Positions 56,030-64,000 of a DNA stretch of 64,000 nucleotides are shown here, in pieces (position 1 is the stretch's first letter; every line of letters begins with the position of its first letter). The translations under genes and the position numbers were made by a program. The stretch comes from a virus. Below the pieces are notes generated by a model, which searched no databases, was not told the origin of the DNA, and worked only from the letters and a program-made list of their open reading frames with translations. The stretch lies in IMG/VR virus record IMGVR_UViG_3300025141_013434, positions 64,001 through 128,000 of that record. One strand, given 5' to 3'.

Positions 56030-58216
56030 CTAATTAACATTATTATACCTACTTCTTATACTCATTTTACCGCCGCGTTCCAAATATCCCAGTTTAGACC
56101 TTGCGAGGTTCCACTTTTGCGCAACTCCAGAAAAAACATCTTTGCTAGCATTTTTTGTAGCAAGGGTAATATCCAATGGAATCAAATTCGGAGAAGGCCC
56201 CGAGAAAGCAGCTGGGCCGGTGTTGATATGTATGTGGGACGCCAACGCGGTATGGAGCATGATTTGATCAAGTAAGAGCGACTCAACAGTTCCCACGACC
56301 ATGTCTATAACCTCTGTGAGATCTGTAAGGCATCTTGTTAAGTTGTTTCCTAATACCATTGGCTGCAAAGCTCTTTGATTGTTGTTCGCAATAATATCCA
56401 CGCCTCTTATCTTTGTTATCGGACCACCTTGAGAATTAAATTTATCTGATCTTGTTACTAATTTAATTCCTTCATTTCCTATTACCCTTACTGCATCAGC
56501 TTTTATACCTATTCCGGAACGTGCAACACTTGACCCAACGCGGCCATCGGTCAGCTTAAAATTTGAATCTATGTCAGTTTTTTGGCTTATGTGAATTCTC
56601 GCAGCATCGCATACGTATCCATCCTTTAATGGCTTATTCGGCTTTGGCCACGAACGAACATTAAACTCGGGATCGGCATATATCTTTTGTCCGTCAGAGA
56701 CTGTAACAGAACGTGGACCTGGGTTACCTGCATGGCGACCGACAACGATATCGATGGCTCCGCACTGGGTATGGCCCTTGCCTCCATAACCGGATATTCT
56801 ATTGCCAGGGCGATCGACACCCAGAACAATAAATGAGTTGTATCTACTTTTCGGTTCAAGAAGCACTTCCGCGTCAGCTTTTGCAAACTCAGGGACAGGA
56901 TCAACGCGGTGAGTGCACCCCACTCCAGAGTTCAAATTTTTGTCTCCCTCTGATAAGTTCTTTAATGCTTCTTTTGTTGTTGAATCTGCTCCATCAGTAT
57001 TAACTGCAGCACGAGCTTGCATTGCCGGCTCGCCAGCGCCGGATGCATCTTCTTCCTCTGCAATTAGTTCTTTTTCTTCATCAGGCTCATCCCCAACTTC
57101 ATGTTCAGACTCTTCAGATAGCCTCATTCCTTCGACTTCTAGCTCCTCTGGGCATCCATTGTTTTCTAGGAGTTTTTTGAGCATTTGGGCGCGCGCGCAT
57201 GAAAACGTTTTCCCAGCCTCTCGTTCGGCTGGATCTTCATGGGAATCTTCACACAGACGCTCCCATTTCTGGATTTCTTCCCTGGTTGGGATACATTTAC
57301 GAGGAGAGCCATCTGGGCAGGGGCCACTCCAAACACTTGGGGTAAATCCTTCTCTACAGGGGCCGCCGGCGTTGCCTGCCTGGGGTGGTGATGCCGGATC
57401 AGCGTCTTCAGTGAGATTTGCTTGTCCTCCAGAATACGTCGCTCCGTAAGGGGGGCCATCGTCGGTGACAGACGGGGTAGAGCTTCTGGAATCTCCTCTT
57501 CCGAAGCCGGACAAATCAAACCGAGATCCTCGAACTGTTAATAGATTGTTTGTTAAGTCGTCCAAATTTCGATCTAGGTCTGGATTTGTACTTGGACTAT
57601 CAGGACTACGACTAGGGACAGAACTATCTCCGAATATCGCTTCAAAATTTTGTATTTGGCCCGCAGCGAGAAAACTAGCCCTTAATAACTCCTGGTACTG
57701 TTGCCATTGAACTGAGTTTTGTTCTATATCTTCTATATTGACTGGTCTGGACAAATTTCCAGTAAGAGTGACCGGATCAGACAGCGGCTTCTCTTCTAGT
57801 GCATATGGTACGTAATTAGGATCCCCGGGCAGTGGCTGACTCTCTGACCACCGAGAATTTGGAGACTCCCCTGTATTAAGGGGAGAGTCCGGAATCATGG
57901 TTGAAGGGTCCCTATCTTGTGCGTATACTGTACCTTCTTTTGCTATTTTGCCTGTTTTGTCAGTTATATAATTGGTGCTGGATATGACTGTACCGTCTGA
58001 GTCTATGCCTTCCAAGGTATACTCTTCATGGTCAGGGTCCGTTAAATCGAAACCGTACTCTTTCCAGAGAAATTCAAATGCCTTATCTAAAACAGATTTA
58101 CTTGGAGTTTCGTCAAAAATCTTTTCTCTTTCTAGATTGCCGAAATCTGCATTTATTACCAAAACTTTTAGCTTTTGGTTTTTGAAATTTTTTATATGAA
58201 AAGTTTTTCTACTCAT
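56030..58216 (-). CDS. Baseplate hub/spike-like protein (gp5 C-terminal-like)
   Basis: C-terminal beta-rich 'AIDIVVGR...DAARIHISQKTDID...IGIKADAVRVIG', 'QPMVLGNNL' and 'SHIH'; sits upstream of gp25. Confidence 0.5.
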   Translation of the reverse strand: MSRKTFHIKNFKNQKLKVLVINADFGNLEREKIFDETPSKSVLDKAFEFLWKEYGFDLTDPDHEEYTLEGIDSDGTVISSTNYITDKTGKIAKEGTVYAQDRDPSTMIPDSPLNTGESPNSRWSESQPLPGDPNYVPYALEEKPLSDPVTLTGNLSRPVNIEDIEQNSVQWQQYQELLRASFLAAGQIQNFEAIFGDSSVPSRSPDSPSTNPDLDRNLDDLTNNLLTVRGSRFDLSGFGRGDSRSSTPSVTDDGPPYGATYSGGQANLTEDADPASPPQAGNAGGPCREGFTPSVWSGPCPDGSPRKCIPTREEIQKWERLCEDSHEDPAEREAGKTFSCARAQMLKKLLENNGCPEELEVEGMRLSEESEHEVGDEPDEEKELIAEEEDASGAGEPAMQARAAVNTDGADSTTKEALKNLSEGDKNLNSGVGCTHRVDPVPEFAKADAEVLLEPKSRYNSFIVLGVDRPGNRISGYGGKGHTQCGAIDIVVGRHAGNPGPRSVTVSDGQKIYADPEFNVRSWPKPNKPLKDGYVCDAARIHISQKTDIDSNFKLTDGRVGSSVARSGIGIKADAVRVIGNEGIKLVTRSDKFNSQGGPITKIRGVDIIANNNQRALQPMVLGNNLTRCLTDLTEVIDMVVGTVESLLLDQIMLHTALASHIHINTGPAAFSGPSPNLIPLDITLATKNASKDVFSGVAQKWNLARSKLGYLERGGKMSIRSRYNNVN

Positions 58217-58227
58217 ATCAATATCAC

Positions 58228-59694
58228 TTAAGCCAGCTCCGGGATATATCTCTGGGGGTCTATTCGCGAGGATTTTGCAATAGCATGCGTAGAATGCAAC
58301 TGCATATGCAAATGAGGCTTAGAATCAAATATAGCAGTATCCCCTGTTCTGCCAATAATTTCGCCTTGCTTAACTTCTTGACCTTTTTTTACATATATCA
58401 CGCTCATGTGCCCATAATAAGATCCCCATTTTTTACCATTATCGTCCATGTGTGCGATTCGTACCGATGCTCCGCCGATGCCGCCAGCAGATTTATATCC
58501 CGCTACGCCGGCCTTTTTAGCATCTCGCCAACGTGAAGAGACAATATCACGTCGAAATATCTTTTTTACAAGCTTTTTAAATTGCAACCAGTCCGCAGCT
58601 GCGAGGAGTTGTTTCTTTTCGTCTGCAGTAAGGCCCTTTCCGTGGGCGCGGTCATTTCTAAAAAACTTATTCGAATTTTTGCCCTTTATTGTAAGATTTG
58701 CCCAGTCGTCATTGGCAACGGCGTTACGTAAACTCTGGAATTTTGAACCCGTCATTCTTGCCGTTGCGGACCTAATTATCCCTACTTTTCCTGGTGCGAT
58801 TGCTCGGAGCGGGGTACCAACCGGAACATTTTGATCTATGGATTTGTGACTTGTCTTTCCTCCGCCATGAGCCCGCCTACCTTGGCCGTATGTTGCATGA
58901 ACCGCAAAGAACCCCTTAATCGGCGCAATCATGGGACATCCATCAAAAGTTGGGATATGTGCCTCAAGTTGAACCGATTCAGTGCATACGGGGTCTGGTT
59001 CGGGCTGTTGTTGCCATTCATCTGGAATCTCTAGCGTCTCCGCTCTTGATGAGGCCTCTTCAAAGGGTTTCTGAGCACCAGTCGGCTTCGACGTGCTTCT
59101 GGAACTGACCTGGGTAGATGTTTCGTTAACTGGTCCAAGTAGCCAGCCCCATGATTGTAACTGCTTGTCGACAAATTCGACATACACTTGATTTCCGGCG
59201 GTGGGGGTGGCCATGCCCGGAGTAGCGTAAAACCTAGGGTATCTTATAATTCTAGTATAGTCAGTTGCAACTGATTTTGCTGGATCAGAATCCGGCAGCT
59301 CTGTGGGGTCGATTGGAACAGTCAACATTGAGGATGTACCTCCTGCAACAGGACCGTAAACAACTAATACTTCTGTCAATGTTCCTCCTGCCGCCTCTGC
59401 TTGGCTTTCCAGCACTGCTACAACGGAAGGATCTCTGATATCTTCTTTCGGTACTGTTTCATAGTGCACCACTAGACAAATCCTCTTTCCCCCTATGCCG
59501 TCATCAGCTCGGGGTTCGGAATAGTGATCCATGGTCATATTACTCATGGCTTCCAAAAGGTCTATGTTGTTGCTAGCGCCGGGACGCATTGATGAAGGCA
59601 TACCACGAGCAAATGCCGGCGAGACTTGGCCGAATGTCCCATAGTCTGGCCTTTGAAACTCCCTGAACCTGTCAAACTTGTCATCTTTAGGCAT
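58228..59694 (-). CDS. Shared N-domain plus M23 (LytM) metallopeptidase
   Basis: HxxxD 'HKSID', 'SYYGHMS...VKKGQEVKQGEIIGRTGDT', HxH 'PHLH'; start MPKDD at 59694. Confidence 0.88.
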   Translation of the reverse strand: MPKDDKFDRFREFQRPDYGTFGQVSPAFARGMPSSMRPGASNNIDLLEAMSNMTMDHYSEPRADDGIGGKRICLVVHYETVPKEDIRDPSVVAVLESQAEAAGGTLTEVLVVYGPVAGGTSSMLTVPIDPTELPDSDPAKSVATDYTRIIRYPRFYATPGMATPTAGNQVYVEFVDKQLQSWGWLLGPVNETSTQVSSRSTSKPTGAQKPFEEASSRAETLEIPDEWQQQPEPDPVCTESVQLEAHIPTFDGCPMIAPIKGFFAVHATYGQGRRAHGGGKTSHKSIDQNVPVGTPLRAIAPGKVGIIRSATARMTGSKFQSLRNAVANDDWANLTIKGKNSNKFFRNDRAHGKGLTADEKKQLLAAADWLQFKKLVKKIFRRDIVSSRWRDAKKAGVAGYKSAGGIGGASVRIAHMDDNGKKWGSYYGHMSVIYVKKGQEVKQGEIIGRTGDTAIFDSKPHLHMQLHSTHAIAKSSRIDPQRYIPELA

Positions 59695-60940
59695 TTTATG
59701 CCACCCCGCTGATAGCAGGCTTGCTAAACCTGATATGATAATGATGATGGTGGCCAGCGACGTGAAACAGCCTTTGGTCACGTATACCCATCAGGGCTAT
59801 CAGATTGCGATCAAGAAAAATAGAATGAACTGTTCCAGATCTCAAAAGTTCTTCAGTGAATCTCTTATTTGCCTCTACATGAAAATGTTGTTGATTTGTC
59901 TCAACAGCATCAATCATAAAATGGTCTCCGAACCTCTTCGTCCAAATAAAACCAGTATCTATGTCTAGCCCGTTTTGGTGCGATTTATGGATTACGCCAC
60001 CACCGCCCTGAGCTTTACAACAAACTCCGCCGTCCTTAAGAGAAATATCGCCCATATATATGCGGCTTGTTTGATCTGGAAACTCTTTGAAGACGGTGTC
60101 CATAGCTTTTATTAGTCCGTTTATTAACACGGGGTTGGCCCATTGTCTGGCTTTTCTGGCCCTATGCCATTTGAATAAATCTGGCCTTTGGCCGTGCATA
60201 TTGACACCGTTTATTAATTGACCATCTCTGTTCCAGCGACCGGTCGATATGGTTTTATTATTGGGATCGTGTGTGAGATCCCCCACAGTTGTAGGCCTAG
60301 TGGTTGGCAGAGGGCTAGAAGGCACATCTTCATGCGCATCTCTTGCGCTTGGGGGAGTTGGAGAACCGGCCGATCTGGAACTGATTGCACCTGAACCTGC
60401 ATCCATCATGCTATGAAACCAACCCCATGATTGTAGCTGCTTGTCAACGAACTCGACCCGACAAAGATGACCGAAGAGCGGAGCTGCCTTGGAAGGAATG
60501 GCGTAAAATCTAGGATATCTTATAATTCTAGCATAGTCGTCTGCTATGGTTTTCGCAGGATCGGTATCCGGCAATTTTTTAGGATCCACGGGCACAGTCA
60601 ACATTGAAGATGTTCCGCCGGCAACAGGGCCGTAGACGACCAACACCTCTGTCAATACCTCTCCTGTCGCTTCTGCTTGGCTCTCCAGCACTGCAACAAC
60701 GGAAGGATCCCTAATATCCTCTTTTGGTATTGTTTCGAAATGAGCAACTAGACAGATCCTTTGACCCTTGATCCCATCATCTCCACGTTGTGAGGAGAAA
60801 TGATCCAGCGCCATGTTTTTTGCTGCTTGCCAAAGATCTATATTATTACTAAGGCCCGGGCGAGTAGAGTTAGGTACGCCGCGGTTAAAGGCAGACCTTA
60901 TTTGTCCAAACGTTCCATAATCTGGTCTTTGAAATTCTTT
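59130..60940 (-). repeat. Diverged direct duplication (about 59130-59665 and 60410-60940) encoding the shared N-domain
   Basis: Near-identical peptides EFQRPDYGTFGQ, PKEDIRDPSVVAVLESQAEA, TEVLVVYGPVAGGTSSMLTVP, RIIRYPRFYA, VEFVDKQLQSWGW; differences are mostly at third codon positions. Confidence 0.92.
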
Positions 60941-60961
60941 AATCTTTTCATCTATGGACAC
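59696..60961 (-). CDS. Shared N-domain plus MepA-like (M74) murein endopeptidase
   Basis: 'MGDISLKDGG...HKSHQNGLDID...GHHHHYHIRF' is the MepA/LAS zinc-peptidase pattern; GTG start. Confidence 0.85.
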   Translation of the reverse strand: MSIDEKIKEFQRPDYGTFGQIRSAFNRGVPNSTRPGLSNNIDLWQAAKNMALDHFSSQRGDDGIKGQRICLVAHFETIPKEDIRDPSVVAVLESQAEATGEVLTEVLVVYGPVAGGTSSMLTVPVDPKKLPDTDPAKTIADDYARIIRYPRFYAIPSKAAPLFGHLCRVEFVDKQLQSWGWFHSMMDAGSGAISSRSAGSPTPPSARDAHEDVPSSPLPTTRPTTVGDLTHDPNNKTISTGRWNRDGQLINGVNMHGQRPDLFKWHRARKARQWANPVLINGLIKAMDTVFKEFPDQTSRIYMGDISLKDGGVCCKAQGGGGVIHKSHQNGLDIDTGFIWTKRFGDHFMIDAVETNQQHFHVEANKRFTEELLRSGTVHSIFLDRNLIALMGIRDQRLFHVAGHHHHYHIRFSKPAISGVA

Positions 60962-60966
60962 TTCTA

Positions 60967-61260
60967 TTAATCCTCGTCTTTTTTAGACTGGATGATATCA
61001 AACAATTCGTCTTTTTCGATATCTGTTATTCCTTTCTCTCCGGAGGATTGTTTCTGTATCAAGGCAGCAAGCTTTACCAACTGTTCGTTCGACCTTTGTA
61101 AAGTCTCTACATATTTTGCTGCAACCATCCCCACTTCTTTATGACGATCATCTTGAACTGTCATATACTTTATCAAAGTAACAAGGAGAGCTTTTGTAGC
61201 TGCCCTATCTTCTTTGATGTTTTGAGTTGCTTTGTTTATATAATCTGTCAGATCTTTCAT
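60967..61260 (-). CDS. Hypothetical helical protein (97 aa)
   Basis: Clean ORF; CCTATTTA motif 4 nt before the ATG, so possibly leaderless. Confidence 0.75.
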   Translation of the reverse strand: MKDLTDYINKATQNIKEDRAATKALLVTLIKYMTVQDDRHKEVGMVAAKYVETLQRSNEQLVKLAALIQKQSSGEKGITDIEKDELFDIIQSKKDED

Positions 61261-61264
61261 GTAA

Positions 61265-61272
61265 TAAATAGG
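61265..61272 (-). promoter_or_regulatory. Candidate late promoter CCTATTTA heading the baseplate operon
   Basis: Recurrent motif directly after the sigma factor gene. Confidence 0.55.
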
Positions 61273-61280
61273 GTTTATGT

Positions 61281-61991
61281 TTAAATTCTATTGATACTTT
61301 CGTAGTCGCCGCGGTCCCACTTTATCTTAAAAATTCTATATTTTTGCCGCAACTTATTCAAATTATTGACTATTTGCTTGGTGTTGAGGCCCGTTATTTC
61401 TCTCAAATATAGGTAGACCGCTTTTTTGTTAAAAATTTCTATCTCTTCTGCGTTCGTAAGAAGAATCTTTATTGCTTCAATCACTTTTCTTTCGTTGACT
61501 TTTAAGTCTGCGCCTTCCCAACGATCGATCTCTGACATTAATGACATCCAGAATTCCTTATACTCTCTCTTTTCTACATAACTCTCTTCGTTTGTCACCA
61601 GATCTTCATGAATTGCCTCTTTTACCAGATCATCATAACTAACTTCTCTTTTTGTTTGAGTCGAGTTCTTTTTTAATTTATGTATAAACCAATGTTTTGT
61701 CACAACGCTAAAATATGAGAAAGCTTTAGATCCCTTATTAGGATCGTATTTGTCCAAAATTGTTGTCAGCCAAATTTTACATTCGTCTTTTAGTGGGTCT
61801 ATGTTCGGCAGAGATGTGAATTTATAAGTGTAAGTTATTTTTTCAACCATTTCGTGAAAAGCCGGTTGTATGTAATCTACATATAATTCTGTTCTCTTTA
61901 TATTACATTCAGTATTTGTATAATCTATGATTGCGTTTTCATGAACCTTTGTAAAATAATGATTCTTATTCCGCTTCCGTCTCTTCTTCAA
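61281..61991 (-). CDS. Phage late-transcription sigma factor (gp55-like)
   Basis: Region-2-like 'LDKYDPNKGSKAFSYFSVVTKHWFI', N-terminal 'HYFT', C-terminal HTH 'YLREITGLNTKQI'; probable TTG start at 61991 with GGAGG SD. Confidence 0.75.
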   Translation of the reverse strand: MKKRRKRNKNHYFTKVHENAIIDYTNTECNIKRTELYVDYIQPAFHEMVEKITYTYKFTSLPNIDPLKDECKIWLTTILDKYDPNKGSKAFSYFSVVTKHWFIHKLKKNSTQTKREVSYDDLVKEAIHEDLVTNEESYVEKREYKEFWMSLMSEIDRWEGADLKVNERKVIEAIKILLTNAEEIEIFNKKAVYLYLREITGLNTKQIVNNLNKLRQKYRIFKIKWDRGDYESINRI

Positions 61992-62307
61992 TGAGTGCCT
62001 CCTCTTGTTCTGGTGAGTCGTATTCATCGAAATCAACGACCAGTTCGTAAATGTTTTCATATTTTTCCAGTTCATTAGAAAGATCTCTGGAGTGATCCAA
62101 CAAGCTTTTTAATGTTTCATCTCCATAAAACGTTTCTAATTCATAAATTGAATCCAGATGTTCTCGGAAAGACTTTATCTCTTCTTGAATTGAACTTAAG
62201 TTACTTGATATTACATATATCCTTTTGGCTGCAGCCACAGAATAAAACCCTAGAGCAACATTTACAATTATTGAAATAAGTAATATAGTACTAAGAATAA
62301 ATGTCAT
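61966..62307 (-). CDS. Hypothetical membrane-anchored protein (113 aa)
   Basis: N-terminal TM segment, coiled coil, 'ETFYGDETL'. Confidence 0.75.
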   Translation of the reverse strand: MTFILSTILLISIIVNVALGFYSVAAAKRIYVISSNLSSIQEEIKSFREHLDSIYELETFYGDETLKSLLDHSRDLSNELEKYENIYELVVDFDEYDSPEQEEALIEEETEAE

Positions 62308-62555
62308 TTGTACTCCTGATTTTTTAAGATCCTCTTTTCTTCTTTTAAATCTTTTTTAGAATTCTTTATAAATTCTTTAACCACCTTTCCAGGTGCTTGC
62401 GAATCAATAAATTTAAAATTACCTATCATGCTTGGTACTTTCTCTACAGAACCAGAAGCCTCGCAGAGATCGCACACCTCACACACCTCACTCATTAAAT
62501 GAAAAGTATCGAAAGTCTTCTCGCACTTCTTACAATGGTACGAATATATTGGCAT
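62304..62555 (-). CDS. FmdB-family zinc-ribbon protein
   Basis: 'MPIYSYHCKKC...CDLC...VEK'. Confidence 0.8.
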   Translation of the reverse strand: MPIYSYHCKKCEKTFDTFHLMSEVCEVCDLCEASGSVEKVPSMIGNFKFIDSQAPGKVVKEFIKNSKKDLKEEKRILKNQEYK

Positions 62556-62560
62556 AAATG

Positions 62561-62785
62561 TCAATCGCTGCCAACTGTAGAGTTTGTATCGAAATCATCG
62601 TCAGTTTCTGGCTCTCCTTCAAAGGCACCCGCATGCACGATCGGAGGGTTTGATACTACAAGCTCTTCCTCTTTATTCGCTTCAAAGTCGAAGCCTTTTA
62701 AAACCGGGACTATGTCGGTCTGTTCCATTAAGCTTTTTTGAAGCGCCAACATCACCGCTCCTAATGCTTGGTTTGAAAGTTTCAT
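62561..62785 (-). CDS. Hypothetical protein (74 aa)
   Basis: SD AAGGAG; 'LQKSLMEQTDI...LVVSNPP'. Confidence 0.75.
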   Translation of the reverse strand: MKLSNQALGAVMLALQKSLMEQTDIVPVLKGFDFEANKEEELVVSNPPIVHAGAFEGEPETDDDFDTNSTVGSD

Positions 62786-62787
62786 AA

Positions 62788-63648
62788 TTATTCTCCTTCT
62801 GTTTCTTCCACTACTGCGCGGCCTTTAAGATTTTCCCAATCTTTTTCTGGCCGAACCTGCAAATTTGTTTGCCACGCGCCTTTTATCACGTTTGCTTGAA
62901 TATCCAAAGATTCTGAAAAGTTAATAAACGCGTTTATATCTTTTGGAAAACAACTTCCTCCAAAGCCCCATTTACCATCAGGGCCTGGAACATTTAAATG
63001 TGAATCTCCGACTCGGCCGTCTGCAGCAAAGCCAGCAAGAGCAGCGTCCCAATTAACTCCTGCTTTTTCTGAAATTAGTTTCATTTCGTTCGCGAAAGCG
63101 ACCTTTACTGAGAAAAAGACATTATTAAAATATTTTACGAACTCTGCTGTAGTACTATCCATCTCCATAATATTACAATGCTTGAATCTGAGTCTATAAA
63201 GTTCTGCTACTTTTTGGGTATGTTCTTTTAATCCGCCCAAAACAATTCTCGATTGATTCAAGAAGTCATATTTTGCATGCCTCTCTGTTAAAAATTCCGG
63301 ATTGAAAACAATATTTAGATCTGGGAATTCTTGAGCAAAAGACTCGGTGGTACCCGGAATAACCGTAGATTTAATAATCACAATGTTATCTTTTCTTGAG
63401 TTTACTCTGCTTATATCTTGTAAAACAGACCTAACAATTCCTAAACTTATTGAACCGTCCCTGTTCATTGGCGTTGGTACCGAAACGAATACTACGTCTG
63501 ATCTGTTAACAGTCTCTTCTAGAGAGTTCATGCTTCGGAGTGGGTCTTTGTCATGCACGAATATTGGCAAGACTGGTACGAAACCAAATCCTATTGCTTG
63601 GCCCACAAATCCGTTTCCAACAACTCCTACGGCCTTAATTTCACTCAT
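62788..63648 (-). CDS. ugd: UDP-glucose/GDP-mannose 6-dehydrogenase family protein (short form)
   Basis: Rossmann 'GVVGNGFVG', 'VSVPTP', 'IKSTVIPGTT', 'FNPEFL', catalytic 'GFGGSCFPKD'. Confidence 0.93.
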   Translation of the reverse strand: MSEIKAVGVVGNGFVGQAIGFGFVPVLPIFVHDKDPLRSMNSLEETVNRSDVVFVSVPTPMNRDGSISLGIVRSVLQDISRVNSRKDNIVIIKSTVIPGTTESFAQEFPDLNIVFNPEFLTERHAKYDFLNQSRIVLGGLKEHTQKVAELYRLRFKHCNIMEMDSTTAEFVKYFNNVFFSVKVAFANEMKLISEKAGVNWDAALAGFAADGRVGDSHLNVPGPDGKWGFGGSCFPKDINAFINFSESLDIQANVIKGAWQTNLQVRPEKDWENLKGRAVVEETEGE

Positions 63649-64000
63649 TTGCAAACTCCAAAAAACACTCTTTTATTCCAGTTGTTATATTTATTTTCGG
63701 ACTCCACCCGAGGGCCTTGAGGGGTTGTATATTGGCCCTCGTCAGCAAAACATCACCCGGGCGGGGGTCGACATATTCAAAATCCAAATCCGGGGCAGCC
63801 TCTAAAACAAGATCTTTCATCTCATTAAGAGATATATTCTTTCCTGTCCCGACGTCAAAAACTTGGCCATGCAATTTATCGTTCTTTATATTGTCTAAGC
63901 AAAAGATGTTAGCGGATACAACATCTTTAACATGAGCCATGTCTCTCCTTTGTTCTCCATCACCAGTTATGAAAGGAGTTTCTCCGCGTTTGATAAAACT
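63641..64000 (-). CDS. NAD-dependent nucleotide-sugar epimerase/dehydratase (C-terminal part; runs off the right edge)
   Basis: 'PFITGDGEQRRDMAHVKDVVSAN...VFDVGTG...RPGDV...LGWSPK'. Confidence 0.9.
   Translation of the reverse strand, partial: SFIKRGETPFITGDGEQRRDMAHVKDVVSANIFCLDNIKNDKLHGQVFDVGTGKNISLNEMKDLVLEAAPDLDFEYVDPRPGDVLLTRANIQPLKALGWSPKINITTGIKECFLEFANE

Noticed and set aside
59695-59781. Apparent N-terminal TM segment (TIIIIISGL) on the M23 protein
   Set aside because: An artefact of extending the ORF into the His codons of the upstream gene; the paralog alignment supports a start at 59694
58228-60961. Diversity-generating retroelement template/variable repeat pair
   Set aside because: Both copies are coding, differences are mostly synonymous and not adenine-specific, and there is no reverse transcriptase in the window
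10-63935. Numerous plus-strand ORFs and short out-of-frame minus-strand ORFs in the track
   Set aside because: They overlap well-supported minus-strand genes and have no recognisable motifs, so they are treated as shadow ORFs
1-64000. Stop-codon reassignment (code 15 or 4), as in some large phages
   Set aside because: Genes up to 3957 aa are intact in code 11, and TAA, TAG and TGA all end genes at tight junctions
1-64000. CRISPR array, tRNA or rRNA genes
   Set aside because: Intergenic gaps are under about 100 nt, and I saw no repeat-spacer array or cloverleaf; a tRNAscan run would be needed to be certain

Overview
A 64-kb segment of a large T4-like (Caudoviricetes) myophage genome. All credible genes lie on the minus strand, densely packed, and read cleanly in the standard genetic code. 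In transcription order (right to left): a partial nucleotide-sugar epimerase and UDP-glucose dehydrogenase; a gp55-like late sigma factor; a baseplate cluster (two paralogous gp5-N-like proteins carrying different peptidoglycan peptidases, a hub/spike-like protein, a 2614-aa protein with a peptidoglycan-binding domain, gp25, gp6, a 657-aa protein, a 3957-aa LamG-containing giant and six further virion proteins); a J-domain protein, RuvC, primase and a fused Mre11-Rad50 (SbcD-SbcC); a holin/spanin-like cassette; and the head module (TerL, portal, prohead protease, a phage-encoded ribosomal protein bS21, scaffold, partial major capsid protein). The most notable unexplained pattern is a strong, protein-specific enrichment of an [S/T]-[G/A]-S tripeptide in likely surface-exposed virion proteins, in a phage that encodes its own nucleotide-sugar enzymes. 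This could be a virion glycosylation sequon. Also notable are the duplicated spike N-domain with different enzymatic warheads and a recurring CTAWTTA promoter candidate. All calls come from motif recognition by eye; no searches were run.
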